Positions 40,684 through 50,909 of a stretch of 64,000 bases of DNA are shown here, in pieces. Below the pieces are notes generated by a model. It was not told the origin of the DNA. It did no database searches and saw only the letters and a list, made by a program, of their open reading frames with translations. The translations under genes and the position numbers were made by a program. The stretch comes from an uncultured delta proteobacterium (GTDB lineage: Bacteria > Myxococcota_A > Polyangia > Palsa-1104): NCBI GenBank assembly GCA_963785725.1, contig CAWAWS010000003.1, forward strand, positions 160,001 through 224,000. Direction: 5' to 3'. Position 1 is the first letter of the stretch. Every line of letters begins with the position of its first letter.

Positions 40684-42198
40684 TTAGAGCCCTTCGAGCG
40701 TCCAGGTCTGCGCGCCCGTGCCGTTGCAATCCCAGATCTGCACTTGCGTGCCGTCGGCCGTTCCCGACGCCGAGATGTCGAGGCATTTGCCGCTGTTCGT
40801 GTTCACGAGCTTGCTGTTGCCGCCGCCGACGTCGACGATGCTGAACGACTGCGCGCCCGTGCCATTGCAATCGTAGAGCTGCGCTTTGGTGCCATCGGCG
40901 GTGCCGGCGGCGGTGATATCGACGCACTTATTGCTGTTGTCATTGACGATCTGATAGTTGCCATTGGCGACCGCGACCTTATGGAACGTCTGCGCCGCGC
41001 TGCCATTGCAGGTCCACTCTTGAACTTTGGTTCCGTCGGCCGTGCCGGCGCCGTTGATGTCGAGGCACTTGCCGCTGAAGGGCGCGACGATCGTGCCGCT
41101 GCCGCCGCCGCGCGAGCCGCCGAAGCTGACGGTGAAGTTCGTGCCCGACTGCGAGCCGCCCCAGAAGTTACCGCAGTTGGCCAAGCTGTTATCGACCTGA
41201 TCGGTCCACGACAAGCCGGGCACATTGATGCCGTTGCCATTGATGTCGCTGATGGCGAAGTTGTCATACGTCAATGCGCCGGTCGTCGGCAATTGATCGC
41301 ACGACGTCAACGAATAGGCCTCGAGCACGCCGGCGAAGATCCACTGATGCGGGTGGCCGAAGGCCGACGTGTCGAACACCGAAGACTGACCGGTGCGCTG
41401 ATCGGTCGTCGACACGCGCCAATTGTTGCAGATGCCGGTGCTGGCGCTGCAGTTGGTGCCGGTGTTGACGCCCAAGATGGTATCGCCCGGGCTGACGGGA
41501 ACGGAGTCGCCGTATTCGGCGTTGCCGCCACCTTCGCAGCAGTTCCAGCTCTGCACGAACCACGACGAGTTCTCATAAGCGAGCACCGGCTGCAAGATCG
41601 TGCCGCCCGATTTGCCGTCCAATGACTGCGTTCCCGGGAAGAAGAAGAGCACTTGGCCCGACTTCGCCGGCGTCGGCGGAACGACCCAGCTCACCGAGAG
41701 CTTACTGACACCGGCCGAGAACGTGGAGAAGTCGGCGAGCGACCAACCTTCGATATCATTCGTGACCGCCAGCGGCTTGATGACCGGCGCGGTCTCGGTA
41801 TTCGCGCCGCCGGCGACCGCGTCGGCAAACGGCGCCGCCTCGCCGGTGAGGCCGTGCACGCCGGCCAGCTGCGCGACCGGCTGACCACTCAACGCGTAAT
41901 GCTCGTACTGGCATACCGACGTCGCGCGCGCCTGACCGGTCGGCGCGCGAATCGTCCCGTCCGTGCCCACCTCTTCATCGTTGTTGACGTGCACGAGGCA
42001 GGACGGATGGAAATAGCCGACCGGCGTCGCGACGAAGCCTTCGGGCACGCCTGCCGGAAGCTGCGGCGGCCGAGCGACCAGCGCGGCGCTCGACGAGCCG
42101 CCGGTCGACTCGCCTTGAATCGTTCCGTTGCAACCCAATCCCAACGCGCCCAGCGAAAGCGCGAGCGCCAGTGCTTTTGGTGCCGACGAATGTTTCAT
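40684..42198 (-). CDS. Secreted lipoprotein: G1 (eqolisin)-like glutamic peptidase domain + ricin-type beta-trefoil lectin
   Basis: GLGC lipobox; SWVVP, ILQPVL, VSPGD.I and WIFAGVLE pattern; three SGKCLDI..G..VQ.W.CNG..AQ.W repeats. Confidence 0.8.
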   Translation of the reverse strand: MKHSSAPKALALALSLGALGLGCNGTIQGESTGGSSSAALVARPPQLPAGVPEGFVATPVGYFHPSCLVHVNNDEEVGTDGTIRAPTGQARATSVCQYEHYALSGQPVAQLAGVHGLTGEAAPFADAVAGGANTETAPVIKPLAVTNDIEGWSLADFSTFSAGVSKLSVSWVVPPTPAKSGQVLFFFPGTQSLDGKSGGTILQPVLAYENSSWFVQSWNCCEGGGNAEYGDSVPVSPGDTILGVNTGTNCSASTGICNNWRVSTTDQRTGQSSVFDTSAFGHPHQWIFAGVLEAYSLTSCDQLPTTGALTYDNFAISDINGNGINVPGLSWTDQVDNSLANCGNFWGGSQSGTNFTVSFGGSRGGGSGTIVAPFSGKCLDINGAGTADGTKVQEWTCNGSAAQTFHKVAVANGNYQIVNDNSNKCVDITAAGTADGTKAQLYDCNGTGAQSFSIVDVGGGNSKLVNTNSGKCLDISASGTADGTQVQIWDCNGTGAQTWTLEGL

Positions 42199-43153
42199 GA
42201 ACGCCTCCTTTGAAGCGACTGCGGGTGACTGCTGCCATTGCGGCGCGCGCCCGGACGATGCGCGCCTACCTCGGTCGACCGACAGCGTGATCTCGTGAGG
42301 CGGCCGCACCCCACACCGTCCACCTGCCGTTTACAACTCGGGCTATCACTGCGTGCGGCACTTTGCCGCGCGCGACGAGACCTCAAGCGCGCCGAACGCT
42401 CACGCGCTCGAACGCACGCGACGCGCGAGATGGCGCGCAGCGCGCCGCGACGAAGCCCAAGCAGTGTCGCGAAGCGAGCCGCGACAGCGAACGGCATGGG
42501 AGCTCTTGTCTGCGCACATGGCGGAGCGACGCAGCAACTGTCAGGCCAGCGCGCACGCTCCGCGAATCGACCGGAAAGCGCTGCATTCGGCAGACGAGCC
42601 TGCGTCATTGGCTGCGGGATCGATTCCTCACGTGTATCGATACCGAAACATCTCGACGCTCGACGTCAACATATAGGCGTTACCGATGTCGGGAAACGTA
42701 ATCGCGGGCAAACGGATCCTGAATCGTCGAATCGCACGCCGAGCACCACGCCGCTGAACCAATAGCTGTTGATCGTCCGGCTTCGCGTCAGTGGCTCTCG
42801 AGCGTTTGCTTCGGCGAAGCGCAGTCGTAGTGCGGCACCGTCAAGCTGGCAAGAATGACGAGCAGCAGTGACCTGCGAACGACGGCAGCAGCTCGCTGAA
42901 TCGCGTCGTGATGAGCGCGTGCTTGAGCCGATGGCGCGAGAGAGCCGAGAGGCCTCGAGCGAGCGAGTCGAACGCGTGTGACGACGATCAATGTTTGAAG
43001 GCCGCGTGACTTCGTCGGCACGACTCCGCGTCTTGCGGCGCCACGACGCGAACGATCATTTTTGCGTTTTCTCGCGGGAAGAATTTCCGCCGCTCGCGTC
43101 TCCTCATCGCAGGCGCATCGAGCGCCGCACAAAATCCTAAAGGAGACCGACTA

Positions 43154-44188
43154 ATGAACCGCTATCGATTCGATCGCCGCACGCTCCTCGCCGTCGTTGG
43201 CGCCGCCCTCGCCGGCTGCGGACAGGCCGGCCTGCCGCAAGACGGCGCCGCCGCTGCCGTCGCCCCTGCCGTGACCGCGCCGGCCGCCGCCGTTTCGCCC
43301 GCGCAGCAGGTCATCGCCGCCAACGCCAAGGCCGAACGCGACCTCCACCTCGTCACCCGCAAAGTCATCAACGATGGCGACGAGGTCATCGAGTTCTACG
43401 AGCCGCTCCCCGGCAAGGTGATCTTCTCGGCAGCCGGCAGCCCGCGCGGTGCCAGCGCCGTGCGCCGCGAGCTCGTCGAGGGTCGCTCCGCCGACGCCAT
43501 CTGGCGCGCGCTGGTCCCCAACGAGCAGCCGCCGGCGGAGCTGCTGGCCGCCGTCGAGCGCGCCACCATCCGCGGGAAGTCGGACGACAGCGCCGACACC
43601 ACCGCCGCGCAGTCGAACGAAGCCGAAGCCGCCGCGCGCGTGCAGGCGGCGCCAATCGCGGCCGAGTCCAAGACGGAGACGTCGGCCACGGCGGAAGCCA
43701 TCGTCGCGTCGCCGATCCAGCCGCTGGCCGCGTCGGGCGGCTACTGCTCGGGACAGTTCTGGACCGATTGGGGCAACTGGGCCGGCGGCAACCCGCAGAA
43801 CCAGGGCACCTGGAACTACGGCTGGTACGACCGCCAGTGGGACGGCATCACCGGCACCTCCGGCTACATCGTCTGCCCGTGGGGCAACGTCTCCAACACC
43901 GGCGGCACCTTCAGTGTCTATATCCCGGGCGGCGCCACCAGCTCGTGGACGATCGCGCCCAACTACTATCGCTGGTCGACGGAGACCGCGGGCCAAGATT
44001 GCCACTGGACATTGAGCTGCGCGCTGTCGGGCATGGCCAACCAGTGCAACCCGCTGCCGTTCAGCTTCCACGGCCACTTCGACTCGAGCTGCTACCTGAC
44101 GAAGGGCACGTCGTGCGGCGACAACTTCGACTGGATCGATTGGGCCAGCAGCGCCGGCTCGTACTGCCAGACGCCGAACTTCAATTAA
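43154..44188 (+). CDS. Hypothetical Tat-type lipoprotein with Trp/Cys-rich C-terminal domain
   Basis: DRRTLL..LAGC signal, AAGGAG RBS, Ala-rich linker, aromatic/Cys-rich C-terminus. Confidence 0.85.
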   Translation: MNRYRFDRRTLLAVVGAALAGCGQAGLPQDGAAAAVAPAVTAPAAAVSPAQQVIAANAKAERDLHLVTRKVINDGDEVIEFYEPLPGKVIFSAAGSPRGASAVRRELVEGRSADAIWRALVPNEQPPAELLAAVERATIRGKSDDSADTTAAQSNEAEAAARVQAAPIAAESKTETSATAEAIVASPIQPLAASGGYCSGQFWTDWGNWAGGNPQNQGTWNYGWYDRQWDGITGTSGYIVCPWGNVSNTGGTFSVYIPGGATSSWTIAPNYYRWSTETAGQDCHWTLSCALSGMANQCNPLPFSFHGHFDSSCYLTKGTSCGDNFDWIDWASSAGSYCQTPNFN

Positions 44189-44218
44189 TGAACTAGACCT
44201 CGAGAAAGCGTTCGCGGT

Positions 44219-44262
44219 GGGACGCGCAGGATCATTCGGTCCTGCGCGTCCCGCTCGCGTTT
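44219..44262 (+). terminator. Probable intrinsic terminator hairpin
   Basis: GGGACGCGCAGGATC/GGTCCTGCGCGTCCC stem 30 nt after the stop codon; weak U tract. Confidence 0.6.
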
Positions 44263-44657
44263 GACGAACATGAATGACGACTTCGGACAGGATGCCCGCG
44301 GGCACTCGGATGTCATCGCGGTGCGGACACTCGGTTCATTGATGCGCGTCATTAAAGACATAGTCAGTGCACGGCGCCGCCCGCGTCCATTATGTGTGCA
44401 CTCCAATCACGTTCCAAGCCGCCGAAACGAGTGAGACTGATCAGCCGCTCCCGGCCACGCGCATCGCACGCAGCGACGGGCGGCGAAAGAATTGGGAACC
44501 GCGTTCGCAACGCGTTGTCGATATCGCTGCATGACTTGGCGTGCCCGACGATGACCGCGTCGCGGCCGCCGAGCATTCGCGGCTGATCGCGCGTCGGCAA
44601 GTCGTTCCGAGCCGCTGCTGCGATCGGCGCAAACACTCAACGGTGGGAGGAGCTCGC

Positions 44658-46427
44658 ATGCCGTCCGGCGTGAACATTCCTGCGTCTTTCGTGCGCGCGC
44701 AACACGACCCCGATCTCGCTGCAGCGACACACGAGCCAGACAATGGAACGCGTGCGATCGAAGTCCACGCGCTGTTCGAAGAGACGGTGATCGCCGTCGC
44801 GCATCTGGCCGATCCCCGCGGCCGGCGCGTGAGTCGCCAGACCAAGGCGCTCTTGGCTGCGAGCATCGCCGCACTGACGATTCCATTGGTCGGCTTCATT
44901 GTCGCTTATGTCGACATGGCGCGTCTTCAACACGCGCGCGAAGCCTGGGATCGCGCAGGCCATCCCCATAACGCCTTCGTTACGCCGTTCGACGGCTCAT
45001 TGGTCGACATTGCCGCCGCGCTATGCCTCATCGCCGGCGTTTATCTGCTGACTCGCGGCGCATTACGTTTAGCGGCCGAGCGGACGAGTGGCGATTTCAC
45101 GATCGGCTGCGATCGCGACGCCGTCGTTCACGCGCCGGCCGAGCAGCTGCCGATCGCTTCGTTTCCGCTGGTGCGGGCGCTGGACAATGACTATGCGCTG
45201 CACTTTACGTGGCACATGTCGGGCGAGGTCACGCTCGCCAATGGGCAAGCGCGCTCGCTGGCGCAGCTCGTGGACTCCGGCGCAGCGCCGGCGGCGACCG
45301 ATATCGCCGACGCGTACGCCTGGCCGATTCCCAAAGACGCGCACGCGCGCATTCAGCTGGCGAACACGACGTTTCTCGTATCGTCGGTGCCGCCGCCACG
45401 CGTCTACGACATGTCGACGGCGGTCGACTGGCAAACTCAAGTCTATACGTTGGTGACGGCACTGTCGGTGATGCTGTTTCTCGTCATGGTCGACTGCATT
45501 CCCGCCGATCCGCAGTCTTTGTCACTCGACGCCTTCTTACGCGAGACGCGCTTTGCGCAGTTCCTCCTCAAGCCGCCGAGCGAGCAGTCGGCGGCGCTTC
45601 CCGATTGGCTTGCCAAGACGCAGCCGAGCACGAGCGGCGGCAAAGGAAAGCGGCAAAGCGGCGCGGTCGGTCAGATGGGATACAAGACCAGTCGCAAGCT
45701 GACCGGCATTTACGGGATCAAAGGACCAAAGAACAATCCCGACCCGCATGTGGCGAAGATGATCGCGGCCGATCGCGCCAATCACGCGGGTGTCGTCGGC
45801 ATTTTCAAGAGCTTCGAGGGCTCGCAGGTTGGCGCGCTTTATCGTGACACGCCGCTCGGCGCCGACGCCGACACGGTGCTCGCCGGACTGCGCGGCACCG
45901 AGATCGGCGACGCTTATGGCGACGCCGGCGCCGGCATGGTCGGCTCGGGCAAAGGCGGCGGCGGCACCGGCGAAGCCACGATCGGAACGGGCGCGCTGGG
46001 CACGATCGGCAAAGGCGGCGGCGGCGGCGACCGCTCCGGCTACGGCCCGGGCAGCGGCGGTGGCTTGGGGCGCCATCGGCTGGCGACGCTGCCCGATGTC
46101 ATTCCGCTCTCGGGAGACGTCCGCGGCTCACTCGATAAGGAGATCATTCGCCGCGTCATTCGTCGTCATTTGGCCGAGATAAAGTTTTGCTACGAAAAGG
46201 AGCTCTTGCATCGAAGCGGCTTAGTCGGTCGCGTCACGGTGCAGTTCACGATCGGCGGCAATGGCGGCGTCCTCTCGTCAGTCGTCCAAGAGTCGACGCT
46301 GCATGACGCCAATGTCGAGCAATGCATGCGAGACGCCGTGCGGCGCTGGGAGTTCCCGCAGCCGAAAGGCGGCGGGATCGTCATCGTCTCTTATCCGTTC
46401 GCGCTCAAGCTCGCCGGTCAGGAGTGA
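44658..46427 (+). CDS. AgmX/PglI (GltG-like) membrane protein with C-terminal TonB-C domain
   Basis: TM segments, Gly-rich GTGALGTIG linker, GSLDKEIIRRVIRRH...CYEKEL...WEFPQPKGGGIVIVSYPF. Confidence 0.88.
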   Translation: MPSGVNIPASFVRAQHDPDLAAATHEPDNGTRAIEVHALFEETVIAVAHLADPRGRRVSRQTKALLAASIAALTIPLVGFIVAYVDMARLQHAREAWDRAGHPHNAFVTPFDGSLVDIAAALCLIAGVYLLTRGALRLAAERTSGDFTIGCDRDAVVHAPAEQLPIASFPLVRALDNDYALHFTWHMSGEVTLANGQARSLAQLVDSGAAPAATDIADAYAWPIPKDAHARIQLANTTFLVSSVPPPRVYDMSTAVDWQTQVYTLVTALSVMLFLVMVDCIPADPQSLSLDAFLRETRFAQFLLKPPSEQSAALPDWLAKTQPSTSGGKGKRQSGAVGQMGYKTSRKLTGIYGIKGPKNNPDPHVAKMIAADRANHAGVVGIFKSFEGSQVGALYRDTPLGADADTVLAGLRGTEIGDAYGDAGAGMVGSGKGGGGTGEATIGTGALGTIGKGGGGGDRSGYGPGSGGGLGRHRLATLPDVIPLSGDVRGSLDKEIIRRVIRRHLAEIKFCYEKELLHRSGLVGRVTVQFTIGGNGGVLSSVVQESTLHDANVEQCMRDAVRRWEFPQPKGGGIVIVSYPFALKLAGQE

Positions 46428-46791
46428 CTGCCTTCGCGGATTCCGGTTCGGCGCGCCAGCGTGTGGCAAAGCGTCCGCTCAAGACATAGCGCGGGAACGT
46501 AATCCATTGCTCGACGAAGATGCGCGATATCGCATCGAACGGACCGGCGAATGGCACCGGCGCGACCGCCTCGCCGCGATGCCCGACGCCCTGCAGCGCC
46601 ATCGCGACCGCCATGGCGACGACGCCGCCGGGCACGAGCCAATAGCTCACGAACGGTGAAATCAATATCGCCAAGCCGCCCGCCTGAAAGAGCGGAACGG
46701 TCAGAATGTGCAAGAGCAAGTTGCGACGGGCGCGATGATTGTCGGGATAGAGCGACCATTGCCAGCTCAGCAGCGGTTGTCCACGGTTCAT
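46405..46791 (-). CDS. Mpo1/DUF962-like small membrane protein
   Basis: YPDNH...NL.LH...VP, QGVGH..E..P.PF, RIFVEQ. Confidence 0.8.
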   Translation of the reverse strand: MNRGQPLLSWQWSLYPDNHRARRNLLLHILTVPLFQAGGLAILISPFVSYWLVPGGVVAMAVAMALQGVGHRGEAVAPVPFAGPFDAISRIFVEQWITFPRYVLSGRFATRWRAEPESAKAVTPDRRA

Positions 46792-46912
46792 GACGCGAGC
46801 TTATCGCGGCTGCCGGCGCGCGTCATGAGCTGTCTCGGCCGCGGCACGAAAACCCAGCTCGCCTGAGGCTGGCGGCCCCAGCGCGCTGCACGATTGGCGC
46901 GCGCGAGCGCCT

Positions 46913-47130
46913 CACGAGGCGTGGCTGAAGGGCGACTTCTCGGACGCCAACCTCGCCCGCTTCAACGCCATTTGGACGCAAGTGGCGACGCGCTTCAAAG
47001 ACAGGTCGGATCGCCTGCCATTCGAGATCCTCAATGAGCCCAATCCCATGTCGCTCGACAACCTGAATTCGCTCGACGATCAGATCTTCACGCTCATGCG
47101 CCAGACGAATCCGACACGGCTCATCGTCAG
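46913..47130 (+). pseudogene. Internal fragment of a GH5 glycoside hydrolase
   Basis: HEAW...F.AIWTQVATRFKD....FEILNEP...MRQTNPTRLIV includes the acid/base NEP motif; no start and no nucleophile half. Confidence 0.8.
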
Positions 47131-47229
47131 CGATTTACCACTCGCGTGTGCCGGCACAAAGTGGCACACGTGCCAGCCTGCTTTCCCGCTAAAACCTCAT
47201 GAATTCAATGACGCACGGCACCTTGCCGG

Positions 47230-47245
47230 CGGCGCGACGGTTGCA
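47230..47245 (+). promoter_or_regulatory. Putative sigma54 (-24/-12) promoter
   Basis: cGGCGCG-ACGG-TTGCA has the GG-N10-GC spacing and lies 25 nt before the ATG with a GGAGG RBS. Confidence 0.6.
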
Positions 47246-47270
47246 ATGCGCGACGCGCCAGGAGGGGACG

Positions 47271-48911
47271 ATGTTTCAACGAGGCGCGGCGGCGAGTCTG
47301 ATCGGGCTCATGGCAATCTTCAATAGTGGATGTATGAATGGACCTTTGAATGGGGCGGTGTACGACGGAGATGGCGGCACGACGCTGCAGCAACAAGTCG
47401 GCTTTTACGGCTTCTATCCGCAGCCCAATCAGACGATTAGTGTTCAAGTGCTCGAGAGCCCGAACGCCGATCCCAGCGTCGACGCCAATTGGCTGACGAT
47501 GACGACCACGACGACGGGCACGCAACAATACTTCTATAATGACCCGAGCTCGCCGATGTATCTGTGGCAAGCGAGCGCCTCGCCGGGAACGGTCGCGGCG
47601 GGGATTATGCTGCTGCATCCGTGGACGAGCGGCGGATTGGCGCGCGTGCGCGCTCAGGCCATTACCGTTTCCGGCGGCAAGGTCACGATCGACGCGCGCT
47701 TGACGGCGTTCGACGAAGACTTCGACGATTGCAAGAGTCAGCTCGCGTCGCAGCCGTGGTCGGTCATTCGCAACGACTGCAAGACGCTCTATTCGCCCAA
47801 CAGCGACGTGGCGACGCTGGTCTCGACGACCGCAAGGCCGTCGACGGCGCAGGCGGCGCTGGCGACGTCGCCGTATCTGACGCTGCCGGGCGGCGCCGGA
47901 ACCAGCGCGACGGTCGGCAAAAACTATTATCATGCGGCCGGAATCGATATTCTTTTTCCGTCGCTCGGCGTCTTCAAGCTGGCGATGGGATTCGGTCTCG
48001 GCAATCCCACCGAAGCGTCGGCCGTTTATTACAACGCCGGCGACTTGGGGATTGGGCGGGAGATGCATTGCTTGAGCGACAGCGCGCGTAAAGCCTGCTA
48101 CGTCACCAACTATGCCGATCGCGTGCCGCCAGGAAACGATCCGACGAAGCGCATCTTCGCCGGCTCGCAAGCCAACATCAACGACGCGCTCGCCAATGCC
48201 GTCAAAGGCTTTCAAGGCGTCGCCGGCAGCGATCCCATCGCGACCGTGGCCATGATCGAGGCGACCGTGAACGGCGCGCCCAACGTCGAGTTCATGGTCT
48301 TCGGCGCCGACGGATTGTTGAGTGACACGGCGACGCTCGACATGAGCGCGCATCCGAACGATCAAGTGCCGACCAACTGCATGACCTGTCACGCCGGCAA
48401 TGGCGCGCTGAACGGCGGCACCGTCTCGAATGCGCACTTTCTGCCGTTCGACCTCGATTCATTTCAGTATTCGACGCAGTCGGCCTTTACCGAGAGCGCG
48501 CAGTTGGAGTCGTTCCGTAAGCTCAACGCCGTGGTGCAGATTACGTCGCACTCGCAGGCGATGACCGACCTCTTGAATGGCTGGTATCCGCCGAACGGCC
48601 CGGCGACGAGCGCCGCTACGTTCAACGGCGACTTCGTACCCGCCAATTGGACGAACCGACCCACCAACGAGGTCTACAACTATGGCATCAAGAAATACTG
48701 CCGCACGTGCCACCTCGGGCAGACCATCACCGACTTCGGCACGCCCACTCAATTGACGAATCTGGAAGCGGCCGGCCATGTCGTCACGAATTACTTGTGC
48801 GATACGCATTTGATGCCGCAAGCGCTGGTCACGCAGAACAACTTCTGGAACAGCTCGGCGCGCGCGCACTTCCTCGGCTTCGTCGGCGCCAATCGCGACT
48901 GCGCGCCTTGA
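47271..48911 (+). CDS. Di-heme c-type cytochrome lipoprotein of unknown function
   Basis: NSGC lipobox; CMTCH and CRTCH; HLMP possible axial Met; YYNAGDLGIGREMHC block. Confidence 0.82.
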   Translation: MFQRGAAASLIGLMAIFNSGCMNGPLNGAVYDGDGGTTLQQQVGFYGFYPQPNQTISVQVLESPNADPSVDANWLTMTTTTTGTQQYFYNDPSSPMYLWQASASPGTVAAGIMLLHPWTSGGLARVRAQAITVSGGKVTIDARLTAFDEDFDDCKSQLASQPWSVIRNDCKTLYSPNSDVATLVSTTARPSTAQAALATSPYLTLPGGAGTSATVGKNYYHAAGIDILFPSLGVFKLAMGFGLGNPTEASAVYYNAGDLGIGREMHCLSDSARKACYVTNYADRVPPGNDPTKRIFAGSQANINDALANAVKGFQGVAGSDPIATVAMIEATVNGAPNVEFMVFGADGLLSDTATLDMSAHPNDQVPTNCMTCHAGNGALNGGTVSNAHFLPFDLDSFQYSTQSAFTESAQLESFRKLNAVVQITSHSQAMTDLLNGWYPPNGPATSAATFNGDFVPANWTNRPTNEVYNYGIKKYCRTCHLGQTITDFGTPTQLTNLEAAGHVVTNYLCDTHLMPQALVTQNNFWNSSARAHFLGFVGANRDCAP

Positions 48912-49252
48912 GCTCGGCGCTCGCCGCCGGCGAATTCGTCCGCTAACGAACGCCGCCCCTCGCCATCGATTCGTCTTCAATGCGCGGGAGCGCGATTGCC
49001 TCACGCCTCGGCGATCGCGCTCCCACGCGTTCGCACCGGCTCGATAACAGCTCCGGCGCGCGGTCACGGCCCCGGTGCCATCCGCGATAACCCAAGAGTA
49101 TCGGCGAGTTTGGCAACCTCACAGCTGCGCATCTGCCGTCGACCGCGCAGCCGGGACGGCCCGACATTGCAGGGCGCGGGCGACCTCGTTTGCGATTGTC
49201 GTGAATAGCCGAATCGTCGGCTCGTCTACGCGGCAACTACGGGGGAGCTCGC

Positions 49253-49759
49253 ATGCGGATACTGGCCGGCATGCTTTTGACGGCGTGCGCCGGTTGCGCG
49301 CCGCCGCTGATTTCACTGGGCGCAGCCGTGCCCATTTCGACCGCGCCGCCGCACGAAGTGCCGCTCGAGGTCATTACGCGCTCGGCGATTTCACTGCCAT
49401 TGCCGGTCGAGCATTCGCGCACGCGCGTCGCCGACGTCGAGCTGTCGCTCGGTCACGCCGTCGCCAGCGCCGCGGTGCCGTGGGCCGACGCGCATCGCGG
49501 CCTGCGTCCCGACGGCTGGCAGCTCGTCGTCGAGCTGGCCAAAGCGCACGCGGCCGTCGACGACGGCTTGGTCGATGTCGCGCTCAACGTGCGCGCGACC
49601 TTGCGAACCCGCGCCGGCCACGTCTATCTCGCGCAGACGCAAGCGCATTGCCACGAGCGCGCGGCGACGTCACTCGAGAGCGCGGCGCCGCTCTTTTATC
49701 ACTGCATGTTGACCGTGGGTCACGAGCTGGCCGGTTGGCTGGAGGGGGTGCAACCTTGA
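49253..49759 (+). CDS. Hypothetical lipoprotein
   Basis: LLTACAGC lipobox, GGGGAG RBS, TTGA overlap with the next gene. Confidence 0.75.
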   Translation: MRILAGMLLTACAGCAPPLISLGAAVPISTAPPHEVPLEVITRSAISLPLPVEHSRTRVADVELSLGHAVASAAVPWADAHRGLRPDGWQLVVELAKAHAAVDDGLVDVALNVRATLRTRAGHVYLAQTQAHCHERAATSLESAAPLFYHCMLTVGHELAGWLEGVQP

Positions 49760-50739
49760 AACGAAATATCGGGTTAGTCGCGTTGTTGTGCGTAAGCGGT
49801 TGCGGTTATGTCGTCGAGCCCGGCCATCGCGGCCTCTTGTTCAATCCGCGTCGCGGCGGATTGCAGCAAGAGGTCTTGGCCGAAGGCTGGCACCGCGTCG
49901 GCGCTTACGGTCGCGTCGACGACTTCGACGTCACCTACTCGACCAAGCACGAGGACTTACGCACCATCAGCGCCGAAGGCCTGGCCGTCACCGTTCGCGT
50001 CTCCATCATTTATCGCCCGGTCGTGAGCGAGCTTTACGATCTCGACGTGGAGATTGGTCGCAATTATTACGACGAGGTCGTCGGCCCCGAGTTTAGAACG
50101 GCCACACGCGGCGTCTTTGCACGCCATTCGTATCTCGAAGTGCAGCGCATCAACGAAAAGCTCGAGGACGAGATCGAAGCGGAGGTGCGCCGTCGTATCG
50201 CGGGCAAACATGTCGAGGTTTCATCGGTGACGATGGAGCGCTTCGAATATCCGCCCGAGATCGAGCAGGCCATTCGCAGTAAGCTCGTCGGCGAACAGGA
50301 GGCCATTCGCAGCAAAGCGCAGCTCGAAGCCGACGCCTTGCGACAGACGATGGAGCTGCAGCACGAGGCCGAGCGCGAGAAGCTGCAGACCGAAGCGGAG
50401 CTGCGAAAGAAAGAGCGCGATCGGCATGTCGCCGAGCAGCAGGCGGCGATCGATCGCGTGCAAGCGGACGCCGACGCACAAACGCGGGTGACGCGCGCCA
50501 AAGCCGAGGCCACCGCGATCTCGACGCTGGCCGACGCCCAAGCCAAGCAGAAGCGCGCCGAAGCGCAAGCCTTGACGCCGCTCATGGTGCAAATGCACGC
50601 TTACGACGCGCTGTCGAAGCTGGGCGGATCGGGCACGACGATCATGCTCGGCGACTGGTCACACGTGCCCAACTTCCTCTTTCCGGGCATGCCGAGCTGG
50701 CGATCGACGATGGGCGCGCAACACGCTTCGATGCCTTGA
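49756..50739 (+). CDS. SPFH/prohibitin (band 7) family protein, predicted lipoprotein
   Basis: VSGC lipobox, VEPGHRGLLF, PPEIEQAIRSK and coiled-coil AEA repeats; TTG start with GGAGG RBS. Confidence 0.88.
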   Translation: MKRNIGLVALLCVSGCGYVVEPGHRGLLFNPRRGGLQQEVLAEGWHRVGAYGRVDDFDVTYSTKHEDLRTISAEGLAVTVRVSIIYRPVVSELYDLDVEIGRNYYDEVVGPEFRTATRGVFARHSYLEVQRINEKLEDEIEAEVRRRIAGKHVEVSSVTMERFEYPPEIEQAIRSKLVGEQEAIRSKAQLEADALRQTMELQHEAEREKLQTEAELRKKERDRHVAEQQAAIDRVQADADAQTRVTRAKAEATAISTLADAQAKQKRAEAQALTPLMVQMHAYDALSKLGGSGTTIMLGDWSHVPNFLFPGMPSWRSTMGAQHASMP

Positions 50740-50909
50740 GACCCGCGAATTCCGCGTCCATTCACGCTCGCGGAAGTTGCCGAGCCAGTCGTCTCTGCGA
50801 AGATTACGCGACATCTCGTCAAACAGAACCGTTCCTGTTGCAAATTATCGACAGTGATTGGAAGATTGCGCGTCGTTGCTTCTTCTACAGCTGACGCGCG
50901 GGTGAGATC

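Noticed and set aside
44658..46427. A gliding-motility (Agl-Glt) gene cluster
   Set aside because: Only one GltG/AgmX-like paralogue is present, with no other glt/agl genes nearby.
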